IMG/VR virus record: IMGVR_UViG_3300035682_000005
DNA: 64,000 nucleotides
From: a virus
Strand: one strand, 5' to 3'
Shown: piece by piece, positions 28,702 to 38,465 of the stretch
Layout: each line of letters begins with the position of its first letter
Position numbering within the stretch: position 1 is the stretch's first letter
Made by a program: the position numbers and the translations under genes
The notes under the pieces: model-generated
Database searches by the model: none
What the model was told of the DNA's origin: nothing
Seen by the model: the letters and a program-made list of their open reading frames with translations, nothing else

Positions 28702-30344
28702 AAAAGTGGTTTTACGAAAAAAACGACGAGCTGCTCAATAGTTCTGTCAATAAGACATTTGAAGAAGTTCTTTGGATGACAGAACCTGAGTTTTGTGCTT
28801 GGGTTGCTGAAATGCGAGCCGAAGTTGTGCGCATTTGGGACACAACTGGTACACCACCTCGTGTTGGTTTTACTGAGCAAGAAATTGTTGGGCAGTTTCG
28901 AGAAATGCGATCATATCCTGTACATCATCCTGTAGATGGTTTTGAATCTGTTGATGAAGAAACTGGCATGAAAGAGTGCATTAGAAATAATAGCATAATT
29001 GGTAATGCTGCTAATCAATGGTTTCCTACCATGATGGCAACAAAAATTAACTATACTGATGATACATCTGCCGGGCTTTCCATCTATGATCATTTCAAAG
29101 ATGATACCTTGTTGCCTAAAATGATCACATATGGTCGCAGACATTTTAAGAGAGATTCATTTTATCACTACTCAAATCCTGTAAAATTCTTTAACGAAGG
29201 TGACGACCTGCAGGCATATCTCAAGAAGTATTTTCTTGAGCCTAAAAATAGCGCAGTTGATTGGATCAAAACATACGAAGCAAAACGTTCTGTATACGAG
29301 AGTCAATTTGATTACTGGCTTGAAGCAAAAGAAGAATCTTCAGAGTACACTGGCTATGATGACGACTTGCGCAAACTCAAGTGTCTTCGACTTACTCGCG
29401 ATGAAATTTTAAATCTTGCAGATATCATTCCTGACAAATGTAAGACGAACATTGATTACAAAAACAGAGATTTGTTCCAGATTCGTGTGTTCAAACGTGG
29501 ACAAAAATTGTTCCCTCTTGGTTTAAAGGCATTCAGAATTTCTGTGTGTCAGTATGCAGTAAATTTTCCTCCATTAACAGCAAAGTATCTGTATGAGAAG
29601 TTTACTGAACAGATTAAGACGCAGCCACAGATTAATATCTGGGACCCATCATCTGGTTGGGGTGGACGCATTCTTGGTGCTATGAGTGTTGAAAACGATA
29701 CTCGACGTATTAACTACATTGGCACTGACCCCAACACAGATCACAACACAGAGAATGCTCGCACAAAGTATCACGAGCTTGCAGACTTTTACAACAAGCA
29801 AACTGATTCTCCGTTTGCTACTAATCCTCCACACTTGTTTGAATTTTATCAGTGTGGTTCTGAAGACATGCGCAATCAGCCTGGCTTTCAGAAGTACAAG
29901 GGTAAACTTGACTTAGTGTTTACTAGCCCACCCTATTTTGCAAAAGAATTATACTCTGATGACGATACGCAGAGTGCAACAAAGTTCAACACATTTGATT
30001 CATGGGTAGAAGGATTCTTGCGTCCGACATTAGAGACTGCTGTTGAATGGCTCGCACCAAATCGATATTTGTTGTGGAACATTGCAGATGCAAAGTTTGC
30101 TAATCAAATGCTTCCACTCGAAAAGATCTCGTGTGATATTCTTGAATCTCTTGGTATGAAGTATGATGGTAAACTCAAAATGGCACTTGCACAAATGCCT
30201 GGTGGAAATCGTGTAGATCCTCAGACTGGTAAACCACTTGCTAAAAATTTCTGTCGAATCAGAGAAGCAAAGAAGGGTATCAAATCTCAGAGCAAGAGTA
30301 TATGGTTCAAGTACGAACCTGTTTTTATTTTTAAGAAAGTATGA
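28698..30344 (+). CDS. DNA amino-methyltransferase (N4-C or N6-A)
   Basis: SAM-binding WDPSSGWGGR..YIGTDPN and catalytic FTSPPY. Confidence 0.8.
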   Translation: MKKWFYEKNDELLNSSVNKTFEEVLWMTEPEFCAWVAEMRAEVVRIWDTTGTPPRVGFTEQEIVGQFREMRSYPVHHPVDGFESVDEETGMKECIRNNSIIGNAANQWFPTMMATKINYTDDTSAGLSIYDHFKDDTLLPKMITYGRRHFKRDSFYHYSNPVKFFNEGDDLQAYLKKYFLEPKNSAVDWIKTYEAKRSVYESQFDYWLEAKEESSEYTGYDDDLRKLKCLRLTRDEILNLADIIPDKCKTNIDYKNRDLFQIRVFKRGQKLFPLGLKAFRISVCQYAVNFPPLTAKYLYEKFTEQIKTQPQINIWDPSSGWGGRILGAMSVENDTRRINYIGTDPNTDHNTENARTKYHELADFYNKQTDSPFATNPPHLFEFYQCGSEDMRNQPGFQKYKGKLDLVFTSPPYFAKELYSDDDTQSATKFNTFDSWVEGFLRPTLETAVEWLAPNRYLLWNIADAKFANQMLPLEKISCDILESLGMKYDGKLKMALAQMPGGNRVDPQTGKPLAKNFCRIREAKKGIKSQSKSIWFKYEPVFIFKKV

Positions 30345-30619
30345 TAGAGATTATTGGACATCTAGGAGCGTTATTACTGTCACTCTCCTCGGCACCGCAA
30401 TTGATTACAACATATCGCAAGAAAGATGTGACCGGTCTTTCATTGAATATGCTGCTCTTGTGGGGAGTAGGATGTGCGCTTATGGGTGTATACGTTCTTT
30501 TTACATCAAGACAAATGCCGCTCCTGATTAACTATGCACTCAATACAGCACTGGTTTTTTCAAATATTGTGCTGTACTTCAAATATAAACCCAATAAAAA
30601 CATGCAGTTAGACGACTAA
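30341..30619 (+). CDS. PQ-loop/SemiSWEET-like membrane protein
   Basis: 92 aa with three hydrophobic helices; APQLITTYRKKDVTGLS and PLLIN. Confidence 0.75.
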   Translation: MIEIIGHLGALLLSLSSAPQLITTYRKKDVTGLSLNMLLLWGVGCALMGVYVLFTSRQMPLLINYALNTALVFSNIVLYFKYKPNKNMQLDD

Positions 30620-30620
30620 A

Positions 30621-30658
30621 AATAGTTGTTGACAACCAACAGCTGGGTCTGCTATTCT
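30621..30658 (+). promoter_or_regulatory. Sigma70-type early promoter
   Basis: TTGACA-18-TATTCT with extended TG; preceded by aatagttg, as in the promoter at 32922. Confidence 0.7.
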
Positions 30659-30694
30659 TATAATACGGAAACACAGTATTGTTAGGTAGCAATT

Positions 30695-32899
30695 ATGTCA
30701 AAACGCATTTCATCAAAAGAAACTCTTGCCAAACTCATGGCAACAGAAAATATTTTTGTCGAACATGCTAACGTACCAACAGCAGGATTCGACCTTATCA
30801 ATCGACGGTTGTTGCTCCCTAACTGGAAGAACATATCTGATGATGTGTACACTCTTCTTATTTCTCACGAAGTTGGTCACGCCCTTTACACTCCTACCCA
30901 AGAATGGGAAGATGCCATTCTCAAGTCTAAGGACATGAACCTCAAGCAAGTTGTAAACATTGTAGAAGATGTTCGCATTGAAAAGTTGATTCAACAAAAG
31001 TTTCCTGGCACTACTCGCGCATTCCGTTCCGGCTACGATGAACTTGAAAAGTCTAATCTTTTCGGAACTAAAAATCGTGAGATTGACTCGTACGGATTGC
31101 TCGACCGTCTGAACCTTCATTTCAAAATTGGTCATTTCGGATACGCTAACGTTCCGTTCTCTGATAAAGAACGTTCTTGGTTGGATCGTGTATCATCGTG
31201 TAAGTCCTTTGCTGATGTTCTTAAAGTGGCTCAAGAGTTAATGGAGTTTGTTGATCAAAATCCTGAGTCTCAGGGTGACCCTCAACAGAACCAAAATGGT
31301 GAAGGTGAATCGTCTGAGAATGTTCAGATGAGCGAAAATGGTGAGCCTGGTGAAAATCAGCTAGGTGGCCAGCAATCTCGTTCTCGTTCTCTTCGAGGAC
31401 AACGTTCTGATGATGAAGAACAGAAGTCTCAATCCGCAGGTGGACAAATGGGTGACCAAAAGTCCAATGAGCAAGGTGAAGATACTGATTCCGACAAAGC
31501 TAGTTCTCAATCTGAGAATGCTGGTAACATCTCTGAGACTCAAAAACATTTTGATTCTGCGATTCAAGGACTTGTTGACCGTTCAATCTCGGATACTAAG
31601 TATGCTAATTTTCCTGAGATTCAACTCAACAAATTGGTTGTTCCGTACAAGACCGTACATGAGCAGATCACATCGTTCTATTCTAACTACTATACTTCAA
31701 TGTATGCTCAAGCTCAACAGCAAGTTGATCAGTTCCGTAACGGTAGTAAAAACATCGTGAATCAGCTCGCCAACATCTTTGAGATGAAAAAGAAAGCTAA
31801 ACTCGATGTAAAAGCACTCACCGCTAAGACTGGTAAGTTGGACATGAATCGCGTTCACTCATACCGCTATAATGATGATGTGTTCAAAAAGATTACGACA
31901 GTACCTCAAGGTAAGAATCATGGACTTGTCATGTTCATTGATATGTCTAGCTCAATGAGTGAAAACCTTGCTGGCACGTTCGAGCAGTTGTTGAATCTTG
32001 TATTGTTCTGTAAGAGAGTCAACATTCCGTTTGATGTGTATGGATTTACTGATTCGTATGCTGCCCGTAGAAATTTACCTGCACATCCAACTAACAATGG
32101 TTCGTTGTACTTTGACCCACATTTTTGTCTCAGACAATACTTCAGTAGCAGAATGAGCGGACATGAATTTAACGCTGCCCTTCAGAACGTTATATGCATC
32201 ATGCGACACTACTCTGGTCAGTTAATGAGTGGTCTTCCTTCAGAAGAAATATTGAACACAACTCCACTTGTGCCAACTATCATGACCGCAATACCTTTAG
32301 TTCAGAAGTTCCGTAATGACTACAACCTTGATATTGTCAACACCATCTTCTTAACTGATGGTGAAGACACTCACGGACTGTTGTATCACTCTCAGACTGG
32401 TGACTCAAAATATTTTGCTTGTGACCGCTACGGGTTCAATCGTATTACTGAAAAGTATTATGTTCGTGATGTTAAGACTCGCAAACAGTGGGAGATTAAG
32501 AATACAACAAACGATATGTTAAACATTCTCCGTGAGACTGCCGGTGTAAAGACCATTGGGTTTCACATCATTCGTAAGAGAGATGTGTCACACGTTGTTG
32601 GGCGATACACTAAGAATTCTAAAGAAGAACAAGAACATGTTGAGTGCTTCAAGAATAATAAGTTTGCTGAGATGACGAACATCCCCGGTTACGATGCGTA
32701 CTATTTGATACCATCTGGCTCAAGTTTGAATGTTGGTGACGATGAGTTTGAAGGAACCGTTGATACTACTGTTGATTGGAATGATGAGAAACAGGCGAAG
32801 AAAGCGATAAAAGTAGTTCAGAAAAATTTCAATAATTTCATGAAGCAAAAAGTAACAAGCCGTATCTTATTGAATCGATTCATTGAGCATATATCGTAA
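30695..32899 (+). CDS. HExxH + VWA (CobT-like) partner of the MoxR ATPase
   Basis: SHEVGHAL, NIVEDVRIE, acidic Q/E/S linker, MIDAS DMSSSM and TDGE. Confidence 0.8.
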   Translation: MSKRISSKETLAKLMATENIFVEHANVPTAGFDLINRRLLLPNWKNISDDVYTLLISHEVGHALYTPTQEWEDAILKSKDMNLKQVVNIVEDVRIEKLIQQKFPGTTRAFRSGYDELEKSNLFGTKNREIDSYGLLDRLNLHFKIGHFGYANVPFSDKERSWLDRVSSCKSFADVLKVAQELMEFVDQNPESQGDPQQNQNGEGESSENVQMSENGEPGENQLGGQQSRSRSLRGQRSDDEEQKSQSAGGQMGDQKSNEQGEDTDSDKASSQSENAGNISETQKHFDSAIQGLVDRSISDTKYANFPEIQLNKLVVPYKTVHEQITSFYSNYYTSMYAQAQQQVDQFRNGSKNIVNQLANIFEMKKKAKLDVKALTAKTGKLDMNRVHSYRYNDDVFKKITTVPQGKNHGLVMFIDMSSSMSENLAGTFEQLLNLVLFCKRVNIPFDVYGFTDSYAARRNLPAHPTNNGSLYFDPHFCLRQYFSSRMSGHEFNAALQNVICIMRHYSGQLMSGLPSEEILNTTPLVPTIMTAIPLVQKFRNDYNLDIVNTIFLTDGEDTHGLLYHSQTGDSKYFACDRYGFNRITEKYYVRDVKTRKQWEIKNTTNDMLNILRETAGVKTIGFHIIRKRDVSHVVGRYTKNSKEEQEHVECFKNNKFAEMTNIPGYDAYYLIPSGSSLNVGDDEFEGTVDTTVDWNDEKQAKKAIKVVQKNFNNFMKQKVTSRILLNRFIEHIS

Positions 32900-32921
32900 G
32901 TTGTTGAAATCGCATAGGTGG

Positions 32922-32959
32922 AATAGTTGTTGACTCTGCCATCCTGGATGTGATATAAT
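32922..32959 (+). promoter_or_regulatory. Sigma70-type early promoter
   Basis: TTGACT-18-TATAAT with extended TG. Confidence 0.8.
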
Positions 32960-32991
32960 GAATCATATCGTGAATGTAGTATCGTTTAGGA

Positions 32992-34251
32992 ATGTTTATG
33001 AATACAAAAAACAACAAACAAGAATTCTTGAATGCGTTTGTATCTGAGTTTGGACGCTCGGCTGTAAGACGTTCTGAAGTCAAGAACTTTGCTAATCAGA
33101 AAGGATTTTTAAACCTTCGCTGGTTTATGTCCGACGACACATACAAGTGCTCCCGTGGCATGTACTGTGTGCCGTCTAGCCCGATGAATCAGGAGCTAGT
33201 TGATGCTCCGATGATGCAATCTGTTTCAACACCACTTGAATCCCTTGGTGTTGTTCACTCGTTTATTGGTGAACTTCCTCGTGAAAATCATATTCCAGAA
33301 GTTGATAAGCTATTCGTAAAGCATGGTGAATTTGATCTTGTCTCTCGCATTCTCGGATCAAAACTTTTCTATCCAATTTTCATTACTGGTCTCTCCGGCA
33401 ACGGTAAGACCTTCGGTGTAGAACAAGCCTGTGCCGCTCATCATCGTGAAATGTTCCGCGTCAACATCACAATTGAAACTGATGAGGACGACCTTCTCGG
33501 AGGTTTCCGTCTTGTGAATGATAGCACAAAGTGGTTCGATGGACCTGTAATTCGTGCTATGAAAAGCGGCGGTGTGTTACTACTTGATGAAGTTGACCTT
33601 GGTAGCAATAAACTCCTTTGCTTGCAACCTGTACTCGAAGGTAAGGGTATCTTGCTAAAGAAGATTAACCAATTCGTCAAGCCAGCTCCTGGTTTTACTA
33701 TCGTAGCCACTGCAAACACTAAAGGACAAGGATCTGAGACTGGCAAGTTCGTTGGTACTAACATTCTCAACGAAGCATTCCTTGAGCGATTTTGCGCCAC
33801 GTTTGAGCAGAAGTATCCAGAAGAGCGTGTGGAGAAGAGCATTCTCAAAAAGTTGTTCTCCTCTCATGGACTCAAGTCCGATGTCATCGAAGATTTTATT
33901 ACTAAACTTGTCACATGGGCATTTGGCACTCGTAAGACTTTTGAGACTGGCGGAACTTCCGATCTCATTAGTACACGCCGACTTGTACATATTGTGAATG
34001 CGTATGTAATCCTCGGACATCCAGCCGACGAGGCAGATCGCAAAACAATTGGCGAACGCCGTAAGCAAGCAATTGAGTTGTGTATTGCACGATTCGATGA
34101 AAGCACAAAGATCTCATTCATGAACTTCTATGAGAACATCGATCCATACTTAAACATGGACGATGGCTCAAAACCAGTTGAATCGAATGAGAGTGAGCAG
34201 TTGGAATCAAAAGAGCACGATATTCTTTCGATACTGACTAATCAATCATAA
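32992..34251 (+). CDS. MoxR/CobS-like AAA+ ATPase
   Basis: GLSGNGKT, LLLDEVD, ATANTKG, NEAFLERF, ISTRRL. Confidence 0.9.
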   Translation: MFMNTKNNKQEFLNAFVSEFGRSAVRRSEVKNFANQKGFLNLRWFMSDDTYKCSRGMYCVPSSPMNQELVDAPMMQSVSTPLESLGVVHSFIGELPRENHIPEVDKLFVKHGEFDLVSRILGSKLFYPIFITGLSGNGKTFGVEQACAAHHREMFRVNITIETDEDDLLGGFRLVNDSTKWFDGPVIRAMKSGGVLLLDEVDLGSNKLLCLQPVLEGKGILLKKINQFVKPAPGFTIVATANTKGQGSETGKFVGTNILNEAFLERFCATFEQKYPEERVEKSILKKLFSSHGLKSDVIEDFITKLVTWAFGTRKTFETGGTSDLISTRRLVHIVNAYVILGHPADEADRKTIGERRKQAIELCIARFDESTKISFMNFYENIDPYLNMDDGSKPVESNESEQLESKEHDILSILTNQS

Positions 34252-34277
34252 TTGTTCCAGACAATACTACATTCCGT

Positions 34278-34311
34278 GCCCCGTTGCCAATTCTGGCAAC
34301 GGGGCTTTTTT
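34278..34311 (+). terminator. Rho-independent terminator
   Basis: gccccgttgcca-attc-tggcaacggggc followed by a T-run. Confidence 0.92.
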
Positions 34312-34419
34312 ATTTTTATTTTCTTGATGTGTCGATTGCGTTATGATATTGTATGTGAAAGTGGGATGACCACTTAATTGATAGAAGTACATTTGTACAA
34401 TTTGTTTATAAGGATAATT

Positions 34420-34680
34420 ATGTCAACTAGCACATCTCAAAGCGCAAAGCTCGTTCGTCGTCTTAGCACTGGAAAGAACCTTACGGTAACTGAAGCCCGT
34501 GGCAAGTATGGTATTGCTCGTCTCGCCGCGCGAATTCATGAGCTTCGTGAAGCTGGATTTCCTATCTATACGAATAAGGTTCGTGTTAAGGGTGGTTCTA
34601 ACAAGGGTCGTGTTGTAACTGCATATCGTCTTGCAGTAGATGCTACTCCAAAGTCGCTCTTCTCTTCGTTCACTGCGTAA
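34420..34680 (+). CDS. Small winged-HTH DNA-binding protein
   Basis: LTVTEARGKYGIARLAARIHELREAG; RBS AAGGA; own promoter TTGATG-17-TATTGT at 34324-34352. Confidence 0.7.
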   Translation: MSTSTSQSAKLVRRLSTGKNLTVTEARGKYGIARLAARIHELREAGFPIYTNKVRVKGGSNKGRVVTAYRLAVDATPKSLFSSFTA

Positions 34681-34696
34681 TTAAAAATTGATAAGT

Positions 34697-34729
34697 GGCA
34701 GCCCTTCTGATATAGTTGGGCTGCCTTTT
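34697..34729 (+). terminator. Terminator after the HTH gene
   Basis: ggcagccc...gggctgcc followed by TTTT. Confidence 0.65.
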
Positions 34730-34766
34730 CTTTTACACTCTATCAATTTTTTTGGAGCAATTTGTA

Positions 34767-35435
34767 ATGAAACTCTCTACTAACACAATCAAGATTCTCA
34801 GAAACTTTTCAGATATTAACAACACAATTTACATCCGCAAGGGTAGCACCATTATCACCGTTGACCCACAAAAGCGTATTGTAGCTGATGCAAGTATTAT
34901 CGAGTCTCTTCCTCGTGACTGTGCTCTTTACGATCTTAATCGTTTTCTTGGAGTTACCTCACTGTTTGATAGTCCTGATCTTGACTTTGCTTCTGATAAA
35001 GTTGTAGTGAAAAGTGATCATCGTTCTATTGATTTTATCTATGCTGATCCTTCAGTAGTACAAGATGCAGCACCAACTCGCGAAAAGATACCTTCCGTTT
35101 TTGATGATAAAACAATTGTTCATAAGTTCACTCTTACTGAGGCTGATTTGAAGAGCCTTAGACAAGCAGCATCACTTCTTGGACTTACACACGTATCGTT
35201 TGTGAGTGATGATTCTGGACTTAAAGTGGTCGCTCAAGATGTGTCGAACGAGTCCCTTGGTAAAGTGACCCTCAATGTCGAAGGCGAATGTGTTGCAAAA
35301 TCAACGTGCAATATGCTGTTTGAGAATCTTAAAGTTTTGCCTGATACGTATAGTGTGGAAGTAACACCTCGCGTAGCGCACTTTGTTGGTACAACTACTG
35401 GTGTTCAATACTGGATCGTAATGGAAGCACGATAA
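34767..35435 (+). CDS. gp45: Sliding clamp gp45
   Basis: MKLSTNTIKILRNFSDIN, YDLNRFL, YADPS, YWI. Confidence 0.9.
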   Translation: MKLSTNTIKILRNFSDINNTIYIRKGSTIITVDPQKRIVADASIIESLPRDCALYDLNRFLGVTSLFDSPDLDFASDKVVVKSDHRSIDFIYADPSVVQDAAPTREKIPSVFDDKTIVHKFTLTEADLKSLRQAASLLGLTHVSFVSDDSGLKVVAQDVSNESLGKVTLNVEGECVAKSTCNMLFENLKVLPDTYSVEVTPRVAHFVGTTTGVQYWIVMEAR

Positions 35436-35620
35436 TGAGCGCAGAGGTATTTCTTCTTAATCCAGAAGAATATGCGCGCCGGGCTATCGCAGCACTCGAA
35501 ACACAATTGAGTACTGCAATAAGCCCGAAACGCAAAATGAGACTTGAATCTCGCCTTGCACAGTGGAAAAAAACATTACAAATCTTTTGTGAAACAAATG
35601 ACCAAAAAGCGACCAGCTAA
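35435..35620 (+). CDS. Hypothetical protein
   Basis: TAATG-coupled to gp45. Confidence 0.45.
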   Translation: MSAEVFLLNPEEYARRAIAALETQLSTAISPKRKMRLESRLAQWKKTLQIFCETNDQKATS

Positions 35621-35837
35621 AAAACCTGAATCTTCTCAAGCAGATCCTAATGAACAATTTCTTGTTCTTGGACATTTAATAAAGTATAATCTATACTTGC
35701 TCACAAAGTCTGTTGTGTTTTCTGCTATTACGACAAAGACCAATAATATAGACGAGGCTGTGAGCATGACTAATAAGGTTATGGACGAACTTGATCTCGA
35801 CACAAAGCGTAGAGCACAGCAGTCTCAAGATAGCTAA
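35598..35837 (+). CDS. Hypothetical protein
   Basis: ORF filling the gap before gp44. Confidence 0.45.
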   Translation: MTKKRPAKKPESSQADPNEQFLVLGHLIKYNLYLLTKSVVFSAITTKTNNIDEAVSMTNKVMDELDLDTKRRAQQSQDS

Positions 35838-35877
35838 CAACTGTCTCTTTATTTTTATATTATTTGTTGGGTGATTC

Positions 35878-36831
35878 ATGAGCGAAGTTTCGCAAGATCG
35901 TAAGCATATTGTGTGGATGGAAAAGTATCGACCACAAACAGTCGATGAGTGTATTCTACCACAAGGTCTAAAAGATACATTTAATGGTATTGTAAAGAGT
36001 GGTGAGCTGCCGCATATGTTGTTTGCTGGAACAGCAGGTGTTGGTAAAACTACTGTAGCAAAAGCCCTGTGCAACGCACTTGACTATGACCACATTTTAA
36101 TCAATGCATCTGATGATCGCAACATTGATACACTTAGAACAACTGTAAAACAGTTTGCATCTTCTGTATCATTCAACGGCAGACGCAAAGTGATTATTCT
36201 CGACGAAGCCGATTACTTGAACCCTCAGAGCTTTCAGCCAGCACTTCGTGGCGTGATGGAAGAGTTCTCGAAGAATTGTTCGTTCATTCTCACTTGCAAT
36301 TTTAAGAATAAGATTATTGAGCCTCTTCAGTCTCGCTGTTCTGTCAAAGAGTTTAGAATCACAAAGCAAGAAAAGAAGAACATCATCGAAGCGTGTTACA
36401 AACGCATTGTGAAGATTCTTGAGGCAGAAAAAGTTGAGTTTGATGGTAAAGCACTTGCTGCAATCGTGGTAAAGTATTTCCCAGACATGCGACGATTGTT
36501 AAACGAGTTGCAAACATTCAGCAAAGAACACGGCAAGATTGATGAAGGTATTCTGACATTTGCTGGTGATGTAAACGTATCTCGTTTGTATAAGTCACTC
36601 AAAGAGAAAGACTATGGACACGTGCGTGAGTGGGTTGTTGAGAATTGTGATAATGATCCAACAATTATCTATCGAAAGATATATGATCATCTCAAGCAGA
36701 ACATGAAGACATCTTCGATACCTCTAGCAATTGTGACGATTGCAAAGTACATGAATCAGCAAGTTGTTGACCAAGAGATCAATCTGATGGCCTGTCTTAT
36801 TGAACTTGGTATGACTTGTGAGTTTGTATGA
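35878..36831 (+). CDS. gp44: Clamp loader large subunit gp44
   Basis: WMEKYRP, GTAGVGKTT, ILDEAD, SRC motif. Confidence 0.96.
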   Translation: MSEVSQDRKHIVWMEKYRPQTVDECILPQGLKDTFNGIVKSGELPHMLFAGTAGVGKTTVAKALCNALDYDHILINASDDRNIDTLRTTVKQFASSVSFNGRRKVIILDEADYLNPQSFQPALRGVMEEFSKNCSFILTCNFKNKIIEPLQSRCSVKEFRITKQEKKNIIEACYKRIVKILEAEKVEFDGKALAAIVVKYFPDMRRLLNELQTFSKEHGKIDEGILTFAGDVNVSRLYKSLKEKDYGHVREWVVENCDNDPTIIYRKIYDHLKQNMKTSSIPLAIVTIAKYMNQQVVDQEINLMACLIELGMTCEFV

Positions 36832-37241
36832 GCAATGACAATAAGAATTTATTGTTCGATTTCATAAACGATCTTTCTCAGAACAAGAAAGATTTCCTTA
36901 CAGAAGAAAATGATCGTGAGTATTCTGCATATATGATCAATCGTTTTTTGTCCATGGACATTACAACAATCATGTATGCAAATGAAATGAATTTAAACTC
37001 ACAATTGCCAAAACGAATGCAGTATGATTACTACTTACATTCGATTAAAAAGCAGAAGCGTTTTTTCAAATACATAAAGCATAAGCGACAAAATGACATT
37101 GATGTGATCAAAGAGTATCACGGATATAGTGAAGCACGAGCAAAAGAAGTTCTTCCTATTTTTACTGAAGATGACATTGCGTACATGAAAGAACGATTGA
37201 CAAAGGGGGGTGTCAAGAGTGGCAAACAAAAAACAAAATGA
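36828..37241 (+). CDS. gp62: Clamp loader small subunit gp62
   Basis: YMINRFLS, YANEMN, QYDY, YHGYS..RAKE. Confidence 0.9.
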   Translation: MSNDNKNLLFDFINDLSQNKKDFLTEENDREYSAYMINRFLSMDITTIMYANEMNLNSQLPKRMQYDYYLHSIKKQKRFFKYIKHKRQNDIDVIKEYHGYSEARAKEVLPIFTEDDIAYMKERLTKGGVKSGKQKTK

Positions 37242-37416
37242 CCTTTCACTAGAAGAGTTGGTTCAACTTGCAGAGCAAATCTCGTTATTGATTGAAGATA
37301 ACAATCAGAACATAAAAGACTGTACAAAAGTGTTAAACAAAATTCAAAACAAGATTTGTCCAAAGAAACCATCTCTGTTGTCACGAGCAATTCAAAAATT
37401 GCTAAATAAAACCTGA
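37219..37416 (+). CDS. Hypothetical protein
   Basis: Short ORF between gp62 and regA. Confidence 0.4.
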   Translation: MANKKQNDLSLEELVQLAEQISLLIEDNNQNIKDCTKVLNKIQNKICPKKPSLLSRAIQKLLNKT

Positions 37417-37448
37417 ACTGAGGTAACTAAAATTATTAGGTACAGGTA

Positions 37449-37904
37449 ATGACATCCGTGATTGATACATTAGTTGAAGTAACTTTGAACACTCCTGACG
37501 ATTTTTTAAAAGTCAAAGAGACTTTAACTCGCATTGGCGTTGCATCCAAAAAGGACAAAACACTCTATCAGTCTTGTCATATTCTCCACAAAAGAGATAA
37601 AATCACAAAGCAAAGTCGATATTACATAGTACACTTCAAAGAGTTGTTTAAGCTAGACGGAAAACCAACACAGATTACAGAAGATGATCTTGCTCGCCGC
37701 AACACTATTGCAAACATTTTGGCTGAGTGGAAGTTGGTTAATCTCGTAGACAAATCCAAGAGCGCATCGCCCGTTGCTTCCATATCCACAATTAAGATTG
37801 TTCCGCATAAAGAAAAAGTAGATTGGAAACTTGAAACAAAGTATAATATTGGTAGTGCTAAACGTAAAGAGCAAGTACCAACTCCAACAATCACAAAAGT
37901 GTAG
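37449..37904 (+). CDS. regA: Translational repressor RegA
   Basis: DDFLKVKETLTRIGVAS, LYQSCHILHK, YYIVHFKELF. Confidence 0.97.
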   Translation: MTSVIDTLVEVTLNTPDDFLKVKETLTRIGVASKKDKTLYQSCHILHKRDKITKQSRYYIVHFKELFKLDGKPTQITEDDLARRNTIANILAEWKLVNLVDKSKSASPVASISTIKIVPHKEKVDWKLETKYNIGSAKRKEQVPTPTITKV

Positions 37905-37920
37905 TTAAGAAAATTTTGTT

Positions 37921-38463
37921 ATGTTGAACTTTTTTAAGTCTGGCACAGAGCTTGCCATCTTTAAAATTAATGAAGCTGCAATTACTCCTCAATACTCGAC
38001 AGAAGCATCTGCGTGTTTTGATATTCACGCATGTCTGCCACAATCTACACGAGTAAAAGCAAAAGTTAAAACAAATCCTCTTTCTCGTGACACTGATGCA
38101 ATACTGCCATCAAATTCTGATCTTACAATCACATTACCGCCTGGCGCTCGCGCACTTATACCAACAGGACTAAAGTTTCATATACCAAAGAATCACTCAC
38201 TTCGGTTACACCCTCGTTCAGGTCATGCATTCAAGAATGGCATTACATTAGTCAATTGTGAAGGCATCATTGATGAAGACTACGTTGATGAAGTGTTTGT
38301 TGCTGTGTACAACACATCGAATGAGCCATTTGTTATTAAACATGGTGATCGAATTTGCCAAGCAGAACTTGTCAAAGATATCAAAGTAAACATTTCAGAG
38401 TCTAAAGTTGAGCCAACCAAAAAAACAAGTCGCTCAGGTGGTTTTGGCTCAACTGGAGTATAG
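37921..38463 (+). CDS. dut: Trimeric dUTPase
   Basis: ACFDI, PRSG, GIIDEDY, GDRICQ, RSGGFGSTG. Confidence 0.95.
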   Translation: MLNFFKSGTELAIFKINEAAITPQYSTEASACFDIHACLPQSTRVKAKVKTNPLSRDTDAILPSNSDLTITLPPGARALIPTGLKFHIPKNHSLRLHPRSGHAFKNGITLVNCEGIIDEDYVDEVFVAVYNTSNEPFVIKHGDRICQAELVKDIKVNISESKVEPTKKTSRSGGFGSTGV

Positions 38464-38465
38464 TC

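Noticed and set aside
30695-34251. Cobalamin biosynthesis (cobT/cobS) auxiliary genes
   Set aside because: The motifs support only a generic MoxR AAA+/VWA pair, common in T4-like phages. There is no CobN or other cob gene.
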